Positions 39,255 through 52,397 of a stretch of 64,000 nt of DNA are shown one piece after another. The first letter of the stretch is position 1, and each line of letters begins with the position of its first letter. This stretch comes from Leucoraja ocellata (taxonomy: Eukaryota): contig JAWMAR010000071.1 of the NCBI GenBank assembly GCA_036785375.1, positions 1,178,001 through 1,242,000 on the forward strand. The letters are read 5' to 3'. The notes under the pieces were generated by a model. It saw nothing but the letters and a program-made list of their open reading frames with translations. It had not been told where the DNA came from and searched no databases. The position numbers were made by a program, and so were the translations under genes.

Positions 39255-40107
39255 AAACATAGAAACATAGAAGGGGGCCCTTCAATATGATCATGGCTGA
39301 TCATCCAACTCGGTATCCTGTACCTGCCTTCTCTCCATACCCCTGATCCCTTTAGCCACAAGGGCCACATCTAACTCCCTCTTAAACATAGTTAATGAAC
39401 TGGCCTCAACTACCTTCTGTGGCAGAGAATTCCACAGATTCACCACTCTCTGTGTGAAAAATGTTTTTCTCATCTCGGTCCTAAAAGATTTCCCCCTTAT
39501 CCTTAAACTGTGACCCCTTGTTCTGGACTTCCCCAACATCGGGAACAATCTTCCTGCATCTAGCCTGTCCAACCCCTTAAGAATTTTGTACGTTTCTATA
39601 AGATCCCCCCTCAATCTTCTAAATTCTAGCGAGTACAAACCGAGTCTATCCGGTCTTTCTTCATATGAAAGTCCTGACATCCCAGGAATCAGTCTGGTGA
39701 ACCTTCTCTGTACTCCCTCTATGGCAAGAATGTCTTTCCTCAGATTAGGAGACCAAAACTGTACGCAATACTCCAGGTGTGGTCTCACCAAGACCCTTTA
39801 CAACTGCAGTAGAACCTCCTTGCTCCTATACTCAAATCCTTTTGCTATGAATGCTAACATACCATTTGCTTTCTTCACTGCCTGCTGCACCTGCATGCCT
39901 ACTTTCAATGACTGGTGTACCATGACACCCAGGTCTCATTGCATCTCCCCTTTTCCTAATCGGCCACCTTCAGATAATAGTCTACTTTCCTGTTTTTGCC
40001 ATCAAAGTGGATAACCTCACATGGATCCACATTATAGTGCATCTGCCATGCATTTGCCCACTCACCCAACCTATCCGTCACCTTGCAGCCTCCTAGCATC
40101 CTCCTCA
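39255..40107 (-). mobile_element. CR1 LINE 3' part
   Basis: Minus-strand ORF VRPHLEYCVQFWSPNLRKDILAIEGVQRRFTRLIPG..., nearly identical to 30076-31312. Confidence 0.96.
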
Positions 40108-41214
40108 TCGACCTAGTCAAAGGGAAACCTATCGCAGGTATCACCCAAGGGACATCAATTCCACAATGGAGTGTAGCACACTTAGGGGGATGTTCCTGAG
40201 CAGCTGTTTGCAAATGGGCAGCATCAAACTAAATGCCTCGTCCTGTGGCCAAAGGCACAAAGGATGAATATGATCAAAGCAGATCAGAGGATATTTTGCT
40301 GGAAGTATTGCTCGATGAACCTCACTACATTTGATCAGGATGCAGAGGCCAGGGAGAGTACTGTGTTGCTGCTGCCTCCCTCTGTCCAGTTACCTGATCA
40401 AAAACATGGGGCATGAAAACCAGGACATGTCAATATTCACTGACTTGGAATAATTTGCAAAGTATTAAAAAGATGGCTGGAAGAGTTAAAATTATTCATC
40501 AAAATCACGTTGCAAATGGAGACAAATCAAACACAACATCTGTGATGGGAAAGGGGTGCTGGGAAATAGTTAAGCCCAGTGTAAAACACTGAACAGATAA
40601 TTACCACGGTACCAAGGGATAAGAATTTGAGCTGTCACAGCAGCGTGTCTGTTCTGGATGGCTGAGTGTAAGCTTAACAAGGTCAAGGGGCTCAGGCCAG
40701 AGTTAACGAAGTCTTAGGCACAAACAACCCAAGTACATGTGTACATCAAGATGATATGACTCCCAGACAGAATAAACTACCTCAAGAGTTGGCAGATCAG
40801 AGGGAATGTAATTACTGCTTGTAATGTAACAAAGGGGAACAATTGGGGAAGTGTGTAGTGCTCTGGGTGGTTGTTGATTTCATGGGGGGATGCAATGTGC
40901 CTTGAAGAAGCAGTCTCTCAGAGTACCAGAGAGATTGTCTAACCATTAGTGTAACCTAAGGACAGATTGAGGTTTGACCAAATGACCCATATTGAGTGTT
41001 GGTGCAATATACTCCATAACCACAGATATATCACTTAAATCTTATACAGAAATAGTTACCCTGCTCGTGCTTAAATGTACATCAAGGAATAATTGACTCA
41101 GAATTACAAAAGGATAGAAAGAGGCCATTTGGTCCATCACATCAATGCCAATTCCTTGTGCAATAATCCATTTAGTCATATTCACATGCACGCACCCCTC
41201 CAACCCAAATTATT

Positions 41215-41462
41215 TAGAAACATAGAAAATAGGTGCAGGAGGAGGCCATTCGGCCCTTCGAGCCAGCACCGCCATTCATTGTGATCATGGCTGATCGTCC
41301 CCAATCAATAACCCGTGCCTGCCTTCTCCCTATATCCCTTGATTCCACTAGCCCCTTGAGCTCTATCTCTCTCTTAAATCCATCCAGTGATTTGGTCTCC
41401 ACGGCCCACTGTGGCAGGGAATTCCACAAATTCACAACTCTGGGTGAAAACGTTTTTTTCTC
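41215..41462 (-). mobile_element. CR1 3' fragment
   Basis: PRVVNLWNSLPQWAVE; antisense 3' UTR and CATAGAAA tail. Confidence 0.9.
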
Positions 41463-41614
41463 ACCTATTTCTCCCAAGGACTGGTCCAATTCTCTTTTGA
41501 AAGCCCAGTCTCTTTCGATCAACCATACAGAAAACGCTCCCTTTCTGAATACTAATTGTTGCCTCATTGTAAATATCATTGCTGCTGTTTTGACAAGCAA
41601 CAACACCCACCCCC

Positions 41615-41757
41615 GCCCCCGATCAGTCTGAAGAAGGGTTTCGGCCCGAAACGTTGCCTATTTCCTTTGCTCCATAGATGCTGCTGCACCCGCTGAGTTT
41701 CTCCAGCTTTTTTGTGTAACCTTCGATTCTCCAGCATCTGCAGTTCCCTCTTAAACA
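41615..41757 (+). mobile_element. Penelope-like terminal repeat with intact hammerhead core at 41628-41655
   Basis: CTGAAGA-A-GGGTT-TC-GGCCC-GAAA-CGTT followed by the family tail ending CAGTTCCCTCTTAAACA. Confidence 0.85.
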
Positions 41758-42086
41758 ACATTCCTCAGTTGTTCTGCATAAATCCAACTGCTTTGTGTTC
41801 ATTTTGCAAAATAATATTGAGTTCAAATGTTGTGATGATGATTTTAATTAATTGGCTCGGATTTGTCCCAATACATTGGAGTACAGTGTAATCATTATTG
41901 TCTGTGCAAGATCAATGTAGTTCAAGTGCACGCAACTTAACGCTAGTTTTTTTACACTATTCCAGAATTTTCTTTTCTTTGCCACAAGTTCCATAAACCT
42001 TCCGCCAAAAGATGGTCTTGCTAATTAACATTGTTGTCTGGAAGTGAACAGAGAATAGAATTATGATATATTTAGCCTCATTTTTC

Positions 42087-42367
42087 ATCATAGAAACATA
42101 GAAAATAGGTGCAGGAGTAGGCCATTGGGCCTTCGAGCCTGCACCACCATTCAATATGATCATGGCTGATCATCCAACTCGGTATCCTGTACCTGCCTTC
42201 TCTCCATAACCCCTGATCCCTTTAGCCACAAGGGCCACATCTAACTCCCTCTTAAATATAGCCAATGAACTGGCCTCAACTACCTTCTGCGGCAGAGAAT
42301 TCCACAGATTCACCACTCTCTGTGTGAAAAATGATTATCTCATCTCGGTCCTAAAAGATTTCCCCCT
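42087..42367 (-). mobile_element. CR1 3' fragment
   Basis: Antisense HER1-like 3' end, same young subfamily. Confidence 0.92.
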
Positions 42368-42874
42368 ATGTAGTTTAGATGCAATATGATGTGAAATCAT
42401 CCAACACTTGGGAGGATCTGTTACTCTGAGGGGGTGAGGCAAACTCTTTGCTTCATCTTTGAAGTTCAGATGTAGTTCCTTTCCCACATCTACATTTTTT
42501 TTTTCTCTCGGCAACATTTCCAGTTCTCGGAACAAAAGCCTTGTGAGTCTTTGAATCTGGAGAATGTTTTCAAGCCCATAATTCTCTCAAGCCATTTAGG
42601 GTATATAAAAAGGAGCAGCAATGGCTCAGTCAATGGGAGGTTTCACATTTTATGGAGGAGCAGCAGATGGATTGATGTCAGATAGCTGCAGCACATACAT
42701 CCAGATTTACAACCCACCCCCACAGGGCAAAGAGTGCAAAGGTTGCGCCAGGATCTGTTAGAGCAGCAGTGCATTTGGAGACCACATTGATCTTGTGCAA
42801 TTGTCAGCCTCTGTGAACTTCTGAAGGGAGGCTGTGAATTGGTTGGGAAATTGAGAGGTCCAAGGTAGAGACAA

Positions 42875-43462
42875 AGTTTAGTTTATCCAAGGTCCAGTGA
42901 AAAGTTTTTTTTGGTGCATGCTAACCAGTCAATGGAAAGACTATATATGATTACAATCTAACAACCACAGTGTTCAGATGCAGGATAAAGAGAATAATAT
43001 GTGGAGCAAGATCAGTGGCGGACTGGCCAGGGTGTCAGCTCACCCGATGGCAAGTGGGCCCCTGATGAAGTGGGCCCCCTTTGTCTCCTGGCAACCAATA
43101 TTTTTAGACCCAGTCCGCCACTGTGCAAGATAAAGTTCATAAATCCGATTAAAGATATTCCGAAGATCTCCAATGAGGTAGTTGGTGATAGGATGGTTCA
43201 GTTGCCTGATAACAGCTGGGAAGAAACTGTTCCTGAATCTCGAGGTGTGCGTTTTGATACTTCTGTACCTCGTGCCTGATGGGTGAGGGAAGAAAAGGGA
43301 ATGATTGGGGTGAGACTTGTCCTTGGTTTTGCCGAGGCAGCGTGAAGTGTAAATGGAGTCAATGGAAGGAGGTTGGTCCACTAATTTACTGCAATTTCTC
43401 GCAGTCTTAAATGCTATCCCCCAAACCATGCTGTCATGCATCCCGATAAAATGCTTTTACAG
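42875..43462 (-). mobile_element. Rex1/Babar 3' fragment, decayed
   Basis: PSIDSIYTSRCLGK..HPNHSLFFPHPSGTRYRSIKTHTSRFRNSFFPAVIRQLN. Confidence 0.85.
43013..43123. mobile_element. hAT-type MITE (111 bp) nested in the Rex 3' UTR
   Basis: 14-bp TIR CAGTGGCGGACTGG / CCAGTCCGCCACTG; 8-bp TSD AGCAAGAT / TGCAAGAT (7 of 8 match). Confidence 0.88.
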
Positions 43463-43735
43463 CGAGTGGATCAAATGTTGGCAAACCAGCAGGATTCGCC
43501 GCTAGACTTGTGGGAGTGCAGTTGTTCCAAGATATGTAGTCAGCTGTGTGAAGTTCAGGGAATTCAACCTTCCCTCTGAAGTTTATTACACAAGCAAAGC
43601 CTGGTCAGGTTGGATTCCACAGGCAAAAACAGTTGATTTCTTCTGCAAAAAATCAAAAACGGTCACTCTTCATAGGCAAAGTGTAGAACACCTACTGAGA
43701 TGAGCTGAGTTTGAGAATAGGGAGGTTCTGTTGCT

Positions 43736-44043
43736 GTTAGTTTAGGTTTAGGTTTAGTTGAGCGATACAGCATGGAAACAGGCCCTTCGGTCCACTGAGT
43801 CCGCACTGACCATCAATCACCCCATAGACTAACACTATCCCACACACACTAGGACCAATTTACAATTTTACCGAAGCCAATTAACCTACAAACCTGTACG
43901 TCTTTGGAGTGTGGGAGGAAACCGGAGCTCCCAGAGAAAACCTAAGTGGTCACAGGGAGAACGTGCAAACTCCGTACAGAGAGCACCCATGGTCAGGATC
44001 AAACCTGGCTCTCGTAACTCTACTGCTGCACCACTGTGCCACC
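43736..44043 (-). mobile_element. V-SINE (HE1-like)
   Basis: Same head, core and tail as the other copies. Confidence 0.9.
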
Positions 44044-44126
44044 CACCATGCTAGAGGTGTTGGTAAAGACACACCTGGAATACCATGCACAGTTTGATCT
44101 CTTTAAAAACAGATATAATAGCATTG

Positions 44127-44562
44127 GATAGACATAAAATGTTGGGGTAACTCAGCAGGACGGGCAGCAACTCTGGAGAGAAGGAATAAGTGACGTTTCG
44201 GGTTGAGACTCTTCGTCGGGCAGAGAGTCAGTGTAGAGGGCGTCTAGAGATATGGACGGGTAAGGTATGAAAACAACAGATCGAAGCAGACGATGATAAG
44301 AAAATGTAGAATGGTTCATTGTTAGTTGAGGGGAAGGTGACAAGGAGGCATATAATCAGCAACATTAATCAGGACAGTGAAACTAGTCAGTGAACGAGGA
44401 TGGGGAGTGAATGAGAGAGAGGGAAAACAAGGGTTACTTGAAGTTGGAGAAATAAATTTTCATACCGCTGGGTGTTAAACTACCCAAGCAAAAAATGAGG
44501 TGATGTTCCTTCGATTTGCATTGGGCCTCACTCTGATAGTTACGGAGGCCTAGGGCAGAAAG
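44127..44562 (-). mobile_element. Penelope-like element 3' end
   Basis: LSALGLRNYQSEAQCKSKEHHLIFCLGSLTPSGMKIYFSNFK; decayed hammerhead CCGACGAAGAGTCTCAACCCGAAACGTC. Confidence 0.88.
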
Positions 44563-44831
44563 TCCTCCACTGTCCCCTCTCCCATTCCCATGCCGACCTT
44601 TCTGACAAAAAAAAAACGCATTGCTGAAGGAATAGCGGAAGGTTTGTGTTGTAGGCTTCCTTAGCAATGTTTCTTCATGTTCTAAAATGCTAAAGCTCAC
44701 TCTAGCCCTATTCACTGATACACTCATCAGAGAGGAAGTTTTAATGACAAAATTGTAACTTTGAAGTATTGTTTAAAACTTTGTGAACTGGATGCTACAC
44801 TAATGCTACGAGGTCAAATTGTTTAAGAAGA

Positions 44832-45345
44832 CATAGAAACATAGAAAATAGGTGCAGGAGTAGGCCATTCGGCCCTTCGAGCCTGCACCGCCATTCGATA
44901 TGATCATGGCTGATCATCCAACTCAGTATCCCATCCCTGCCTTCTCTCCATACCCCCTGATCCCTTTAGCCACAAGGGCCACATCTAACCCTCTTAAATA
45001 TAGCCAATGAGCTGGCCTCAACCACCTTATGTGGCAGAGAATTCCACAGTTTCACCACTCTCTGTGTGAAAAATGATTTTGTCATCTCAGTCCTAAAAGA
45101 CTTCCCTCTTATCCTTAAACTGTGACCCTTAGTTCTGGACTTTCCAAACATCGGGAATAATCTTCCTGCATCTAGCCTGTCCAACCCCTTAAGAATTTTA
45201 TAAGTTTCTATAAGATCCCCTCTCAATCTTCTAAATTCTAGCGAGTACAAGCCGAGTCTATCCAGTCTTTCTTCATATGAAAGTCCTGCCATCCCAGGAA
45301 TCAGTCTGATGAGCCTTCTCTGTACTCCCTCTATGGCAAGACATT
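44832..45345 (-). mobile_element. CR1 3' part
   Basis: LAIEGVQRRLIRLIPGMAGLSYEERLDRLGLYSLEFRRLRGDLIETYKI on the minus strand. Confidence 0.95.
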
Positions 45346-46149
45346 CATAACCTTTCTCCATAGCATTCCACAACCAAAGTATCAAACTAAAAATTAATGT
45401 CTACTATCCAAAATATTTTAAGGAGGTGATGTTTCTATCATATGACATTGTCAGGCTGGAATGGAAGGTTATGCTGTAATATGTCCAGCAGCATGTCAAT
45501 GTGCTGCATTGCTGATCCCAGGTACAGTGTCATGAATTGAAAGAAGACAGAGTTGCAGCAGCTTGTTTCTAACAGTGCTGTCATGTACAGGCAGAGGAAT
45601 CAGACTTCTTCCCAAGGAAAGTAGGAGGACAATTCACGCAGGTAACTGAGAACATCCGTTGCACATCCCCCAATATCCAAGTGAAGAGTACCAGTCAAGA
45701 ACAGTACTCCAAACAATCCTTTCCATTTTGGCAAGGACATGCATCAGAATTGTGTCATGAATGTGTCAGCTTTTGTAGATGAAAACGATAAACAATTTCT
45801 AATTTGAGTGTCTAAGGTGCAGGGTCTGCACTAGAGGAGCACTTCGAATAAAAATAACAAGCCATTATACTGTAGATTAACGATTATTAAGTTTCAAAGG
45901 CACTGATTTTATTTTTTGTCAATTAAATTCTTGCATTAAAAAATGCTCATTGGCTGTTAAATGGACACATGAAGATTAAGGTTGATTTTGATTTTTAAGA
46001 GTAACATTTTCAAAGGTAGCTTTTCATATCAGAAACAGTTCAATTTATTTTGCAGACCAGGGTTGCAAGGAAGAACCCAAAGAAAAGAGATTCAAAATAC
46101 TAGAGATAATCGTTTATTTACACTGACTAACAAGTTAAGTTATGAATTT

Positions 46150-46620
46150 AGAGTCATAGAGCTATACAGCATGAAAGCAGGCCCTTCATGTCATCTTGTC
46201 TATGCTGACCAAGTTTGTATTCTGGGCTAGTCCTATTTGCCTGCATTTGGTTCATGTTGCTCTAAGCCCTTCCTATCCATATACTGTATCAGTCCAAATG
46301 TCTTTTGAAAGTCGCAATTGTTCCGCTTCTATAGGTTCCTCTGGCAGCTGATTCCAGATATGGACTACTTACTGACTGAAAAAGTTGCCCCTAAAGTCTT
46401 TCTTAAATCTCCCCTTCTCAGCTTCAACTTATTGCCTCAGTTTTAGAAACCCCTACCCTGGGAAAAGAACTGAGTTTTCACTTTATCCATGCCCCTCTTG
46501 ATTTTCTATACTTTAACAAGGTCCCACCCCAGCCAAAGAAAAAAGCTCCAGCTTATCCAAAGATTTCCCTACACCTCATGCCTGCAAATCCAGGTGAATT
46601 TCTTCTGCGTCATTTCCTGC
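46150..46620 (-). mobile_element. Old CR1 3' fragment
   Basis: AGAGTCATAGAG..CAGCATGAAAGCAGGCCCTTC antisense 3' end. Confidence 0.7.
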
Positions 46621-47529
46621 TTAAAGTCATTGTGAATTTGTTCAGCTTTGCAGTGATATGATCAGCAAAGTATTAATTTTGCTTATAAATTTCAAATTTT
46701 CTGCCATCCTGACCCTATTAGATTAGCTCAAATGTCATGCATGCATTCCATCCCCTCACATAAATGACTCTTCTTCCTGTCAAATTTAGGTAATTAAATT
46801 CAGCGTAGAATGCATCTCAATGAGTCTAATAATGGAGTTGCATAATATCCTACATATTCTGATAGCAACCCACATGAAGTAATTTCTCCCTACCTCCCTC
46901 TTCATGACAATTTCCCCTGCATCTCCAGCCAGAAGAAAAAATCTATTTGGTCTTTAATTTGTCAAAACCGATCATAAATTGGAAAATTTGTTAGTTCTCC
47001 TCTCAGTTGTCACTGTTTCAACAGAAATAGCCACAGCATCTCAAATTTCCCTTCCAAACAACAGTGCTTCATCTTTCTCCCCATGTCTTTTCACTTATTT
47101 CCCCATTTCCATTTCTGTTCTTGAACTCCATTCCCAATCTTCTTCTCTTGTCACTCTTTCTCTTCCAAAGCTCCAATTCCTAGTTACCAGTTATTTCCTC
47201 AAATCTACTATCCCTGTTTTCCTTTAATATATACAGTCTGTTTTTAATTCTCTTTACCGCTCACATTCTCAGTCTCCACCCATTTCCCTGAGCTTCCATC
47301 TCTTTCTCAACGGCTCCATCCTTCAGACTCCCTCGCTCTCTGTTCCAGCTTTCATTCCAGATTGAATCCCTCTCCCTGAGCCACCATACCTCATTCCTTC
47401 CTGGCCTCCCTCCAAACCCGCTTTGTCAACCACACCTTTGCCATGAAAACCGTGGCCTCAGCCATGCTCTTCCCATTGACCACATGCAATAATTGCCCTG
47501 ATTCAGATGCTCAGCACTCCAAGGCTGCG

Positions 47530-48880
47530 TCATAGTTATGGAATCATACAGTGAGGAAACGGGCACTTCGGCTCATGCCAACCAATATGCGGTATCTACA
47601 CTAGTCCCACCTCCCTGCATTTGGCCCATTTCCTTTTAAACCTATCTTCATACGCATACATATACTCATACTCATAATTACTTTGATAACCAAGTATGTT
47701 TGGCAACATATGAGGAATTTGATTTGCCATACAGTCATACTAATAAAAAAAAACAGAACACACAAAATACATTTTAACATAAACATCCACAACAGTGACT
47801 TCTCCACATTCCTCACTGTGATGGAAGGCGAAAAAAAAGTTCAATTTCTTCCCTTCTTTGTTCTCCCGCGGTCGGGGGACTCGAGCCTTCCATTGACAGG
47901 ACGATCTTGACTCCCGTAGCCGGCGGTGAGCCCACCACGTCGGGGGGGATCAAGCTCCTGCATCGGGAGGATGTCAGTTCATCGCGCCAGATGATTGGAC
48001 CCCAAGTCAGGGCTTGTCGGACGCCATGCGGTTTTGGAGCTCCCGACTCAGTCTTTCCCGAGGCTGTGAGCCCTTGATGTTAAAAGTCTGCAGGCCGCAG
48101 ATGGAGCGTCAATCCCAGGCAAGGAATCAGCTCCGATGGTAAGTCCACGCCCCGCAGTGGGGCTCAAAATCAGTCCCGAGCAAGGCCCCCAGCTCCATGA
48201 TGTTAGGCTGCAGAATGACCGGAGATACGACCCAGAAACCAATCGCATCTCCGGCAAGGTTTGGGTTTGAAATAAAGTTTCCCCCGACCCTTTCCCCACC
48301 CCCCACATAAAACAAATCAGAGAACAATACCACAAACTTTTAAAACACACCAAAAATAACAAAAATAAAACACAAAAGGACAGACAGACTGTTGGCGAGG
48401 CTGCCATCATGGCGCCACCCAGTGGTAATATCCATGTATCTGTCAAAATGCTTCTTAAAAGCTGTGATAGTACCTGCTTCAACCACCTCCTCTGGCAGCT
48501 CGTTCAATACTTCCACCACCCTCTGTGTAAAAAAGTTACCTTTCAGTTTCCTATTAAATCGGTCCCCCACCCTTACCTTAAACCTATGTCCTCTGGTTCT
48601 CGATTGCCCATTGGTTTACCAAATCTATTCCTCTTATGATTTTGTACACCTCTATAATATCACCCCTTATCCTTCTGTGCTCCAAGGAATAAAGTCCTAG
48701 CCTGCTCAACCTTTCCCTATAGCTCAGGCCCTCAAGTCCTGGCAACATCCTCGTAAATCCTCTCTGCACCTTTTCCAGCTTGACAACATCAGTCTTATAA
48801 CATTGTGCCCAAAACTGAATACAATACTCTAAATGTAGCCTCACCAATGTCTTGTATAACTGCAGCATGACCTCCCAGTA
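47530..48880 (-). mobile_element. CR1 fragment (47530-47647 and 48431-48880) interrupted by a CpG-rich element
   Basis: WEVMLQLYKTLVRLHLEYCIQFW..., NFFTQRVVEVLNELPEEVVEAG; the CR1 3' end lies on the other side of the insert. Confidence 0.88.
47655..48422 (-). mobile_element. CpG-rich non-coding non-autonomous retroelement
   Basis: Minus strand starts GGTGGCGCCATGATGGCAGCC, then a T-rich tract, G-run, CpG-rich body, CCTTCCATCACAGTGAGGA motif and (ATGAGT)n tail. Confidence 0.7.
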
Positions 48881-49544
48881 CCAGAACCATGACTTCCCAC
48901 TTCCCTCCAGTGCTGACTTTTCAAGGTCCGACAAGCAGCAGTATTTGGTGGGTTCAGGAGGGGAGTGTCACTGGTTTAATGCAGCATCACCGTACATGTG
49001 CAAATTAACAATTACAACAAGCTTTTCACTGAATGAGAAGAACAGAGCAGGAAGAAAAAACTTTGGTTGAAATTCACATTTTCAGCTCCTGACAATCATC
49101 CATGATCAAACTGTTCATGTTGAGACCGTTGTGGGCAATTAGCGCTCCAGGGCAACCACATAATTCATCTTAAAACTGAGTTTGAGACACATGGACTTGC
49201 CTTATTTCGTCAACTAAGATTGGAGCTTTATTCTAAGCCCAATGATCCACAGTAAAATGATCCCCGCTGTAAGCTCCCGAGTATAATTTCCTCTCGAAAA
49301 GAAACTAGCAGGTCAGAGACCTGCACTCAAATTATGCTGAGAAAAACTTTAACAAAAAAAAGAAAAACTATTTCACTCACTTCAGAACCAGACGTTCTTA
49401 CTTCCATGCCCTGCTAATGAAATGGTGGGTTGAAATTTGAGTCTGCAATATTGATCAAAAATAATACTTTATAAGAAATGTCTTTAATTGCCACATAAAC
49501 AGCACTGAATGGATTAATTGTTTAACTATTTGGGATTATAGTAG

Positions 49545-50037
49545 AACCTTTTCATCAGGATAGGGGAATCTAAAATAAGAGGCCATGGTATTAAGGTATG
49601 AAGGGCAGGATTTAAAAGTGACCTGAGGGGCAACCTTTTCCACAACGTGTTTGGTGTGTACATGGAACAAGCTACTAGAGGAATTAGTAGCGATGGATGC
49701 AGCTATGTAATTTATAAGACATTTGCACAAGTACATGGACGGGAAAGGGTTGGAGGAAATGGGCCAAACACAGGCAAGTAAGACTTGGCAACTTGGTTGG
49801 ATTGGACAGGTTGAACAGAAGGGCCTGTATCTGTGCTGTTTAGATCCATGACTAGTTGAGGCAGGAACTATCCCAACACTTAAGAAACAGTTAGACAGGT
49901 ACATGGATAGGACAAGTTTGGAGGGATATGGGCCAAACGTGGGCAGGTGGGACTAGTGTAGCTGAGACATGTTGGCCGGTGTGAGCAAGTTGAGCCGAAG
50001 GGCCTGTTTCCACTCTGTATCACTCCATGACTATGAT
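49545..50037 (+). mobile_element. Two adjacent CR1 3' fragments
   Basis: Two successive GAAGGGCCTGT..C..CTGT 3' ends with CATGACT tails. Confidence 0.8.
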
Positions 50038-50909
50038 TAATATTAAGTAGATATTTTGCCTATAATTATCATACTAATGCATAAAATGTGAAATATCACT
50101 ATGTAGTTAAATATTCTGTTTGTGTCTATTGGAATCTTGATTGGCAAATATACTATTTAAATAGTGCCCATATGAAACAATGAATGACTGACCAGACAAA
50201 ATGAGATCATTGCATGATGCATTACTTGATCAAAAGTCAAGTCTAAAGATGTTGTGTTTATGTACTGGCTGCAATGCAATTGAAAGAAACCAGGCTGTTC
50301 TTTGGCTTGGGAATTGGAAACCTTCTCAATTTATGATAGAACTCAAATTAGCAAAAGGCACAAAAGTGCAAGACTGCTCTAAATACCAATCTCCTGGAGG
50401 TGATCACTCCAATTTGCAAGCAAGCCCACTGCAGCAACTCTATGCAGATGGGTGTCTAAGAAATTATTTTCAGAAATTAATAGGATAGTTAATGTTTGGC
50501 ACAAAATATATCTAGGAAACCACTGGCCAGAAAAAAAATGAATTCAAATGTTGTCAGTAAATTCCTTGCATTGCAATATGTTTAATGGATGTCTGGTTGA
50601 TGTAGCAGTAGACTTTGATACACTGAAGAAACATTTAGATGGTTCAATGGATGGAGCTTACAGACCTAAAAAAGGCTTAAAATAATTAAATGGCCTTCTG
50701 CAACATCCTGCAATGTTGCAAATGATATAAATCCATTTAGATTTATAAATGATATCAAACTAATATGTTTTTGAAATGTATTTTCTCAATATAAAACATA
50801 ACATAGTCCAAGGGTCCAAGAAATTGCATTATATTCAAATCTAAAAGGAGGATGGTAGAAGCACCAGTTAGATTGGGGCCAAGATCTTTTTGAACTGCTA
50901 TAAGAACGC

Positions 50910-51265
50910 AACGGGCTAAGCAGCATCTGTGGAGGCAAAAGGATATTCAGCACTTTCGACCAAGACCCTGTATCAGGACTGAGACCGTGGAGGGAAGATA
51001 GCCATTATAGAATTGAGAGGAGGTGTTACCAATCATAAGCCTTTTCTACCACTTTCCACAGGATGGTGTAGAAACAAGGAACTGCAGATGCTGGTTGCAC
51101 AAAATTACACAAAGTGTTGGAATAACTCAATGGGCCAGGCAGCATCTCTGGACAACATGGACATTGTGTCAGGGCATTCTTCAGACAATGACCCAAAAGG
51201 TCACCTATCCATGGTCTCCAGAGATGCTGCCTGACCCACTGAGTTACTCCAGCACTTTGTGTCCT
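50910..51265. mobile_element. Penelope-like terminal repeats (minus fragment plus inverted pair)
   Basis: GGAACTGCAGATGCTGG...TCTTCAGAC / ACCCAAAAGGTCACC...CTGAGTTACTCCAGCAC. Confidence 0.75.
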
Positions 51266-52397
51266 TACAAACGGGTATTGGTTTGAACCACAACTGCTAA
51301 CTGTACGAAACAATAGTGGCTTGGGAGGAAGCACTGTGGATGGCTTGATTGAAATCATGTATTGTCTTTCCGCTAACTGGTTAGCACGCAAGAAAAGCTT
51401 TTCACTGTACCTCGGTGCATGTGACAATTTGAACTCAAATTGAACTCCAATTCCATGAATGTTAGTATATTTGGTCCTAACCTGAGATATTACCAATTGG
51501 ACAAATGACAACCAATATTGGCTGAATGACAACATATGTAGAATTGGATTCTGAAGATCCTTAAAGAATTTTCTTAAGTGACCAGAGTGTTTTGAACTTC
51601 CTTATAAAGATCACCCACAGGTTCTATTCAATGTACCTGGGAGTCCCTGACAAGCAATCTCCAGTAGACTTATTGTCAGTCTTTGACTGCAAGGTGCCAC
51701 TGATGTAATGCAGACACACTGGCATCCTTCAGGATTATCATTATGAAGTAATCCTGCCCAACTCTGGATTTTTTGCTACAGTTAGGTGCACACGGTCCCG
51801 GCATGAGTAACTGATACAGCATTAAAGACTCGCGTATGTCTGAGCCCTGTGTTGGCAGCAATGAAAGATCAAATTTCATCAGTTTTGAAGCTCTCCTTCT
51901 GTTCAGCTGATCATCTAAGTGTGCCCGCTCATGTTGACATAGCATAAATGAAGTGGTGGCGTAGAAATATATTTTTACTTCTTTCTGTTGCCCTTTTTAA
52001 CCTGATGGTGGCAACTGCTTTTGAAGTACTTCACCCCTGTCGTCATCCTTTATGTATAACCCTGGCAGTGAGCATTGGCAGGTTATTCAACTGTGCAGTG
52101 CATCAAAACCAATCTCATCCTGTCATTACATGCCCAGAATTCAGAGCAAGAAATCCTTACTAAGGTCAGCAAACTGGTCACAAACCAGGAACTTAGAATA
52201 TGCCTCATCTCCACATCTCAGAGCCGTTCACACATCATATCATTGATATCAATGTCAGGATTGCCGTGAATATTTTAAAATACAATCAAAGAGATTATTA
52301 TATTCTTTTACCAGACCAAACTTGACACTTTCAATGCCTATTGCCCATTTACTTTGGAATAAAAGACACAAATATCTGGCAAAACACTTGATGTTGT

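Noticed and set aside
38550-41000. Possible ancient LTR/ERV internal sequence flanking the 39.3-kb CR1
   Set aside because: No LTR pair, PBS or clear RT/integrase motif could be read.
43062-43080. CTGATGA in the hAT MITE as a hammerhead core
   Set aside because: No helix II closed by a downstream GAAA box.
46980-47500. Strongly pyrimidine-skewed tract with an 82-aa Ser/Leu-rich ORF
   Set aside because: The ORF follows from the C/T skew; probably an unrecognisably old LINE relic.
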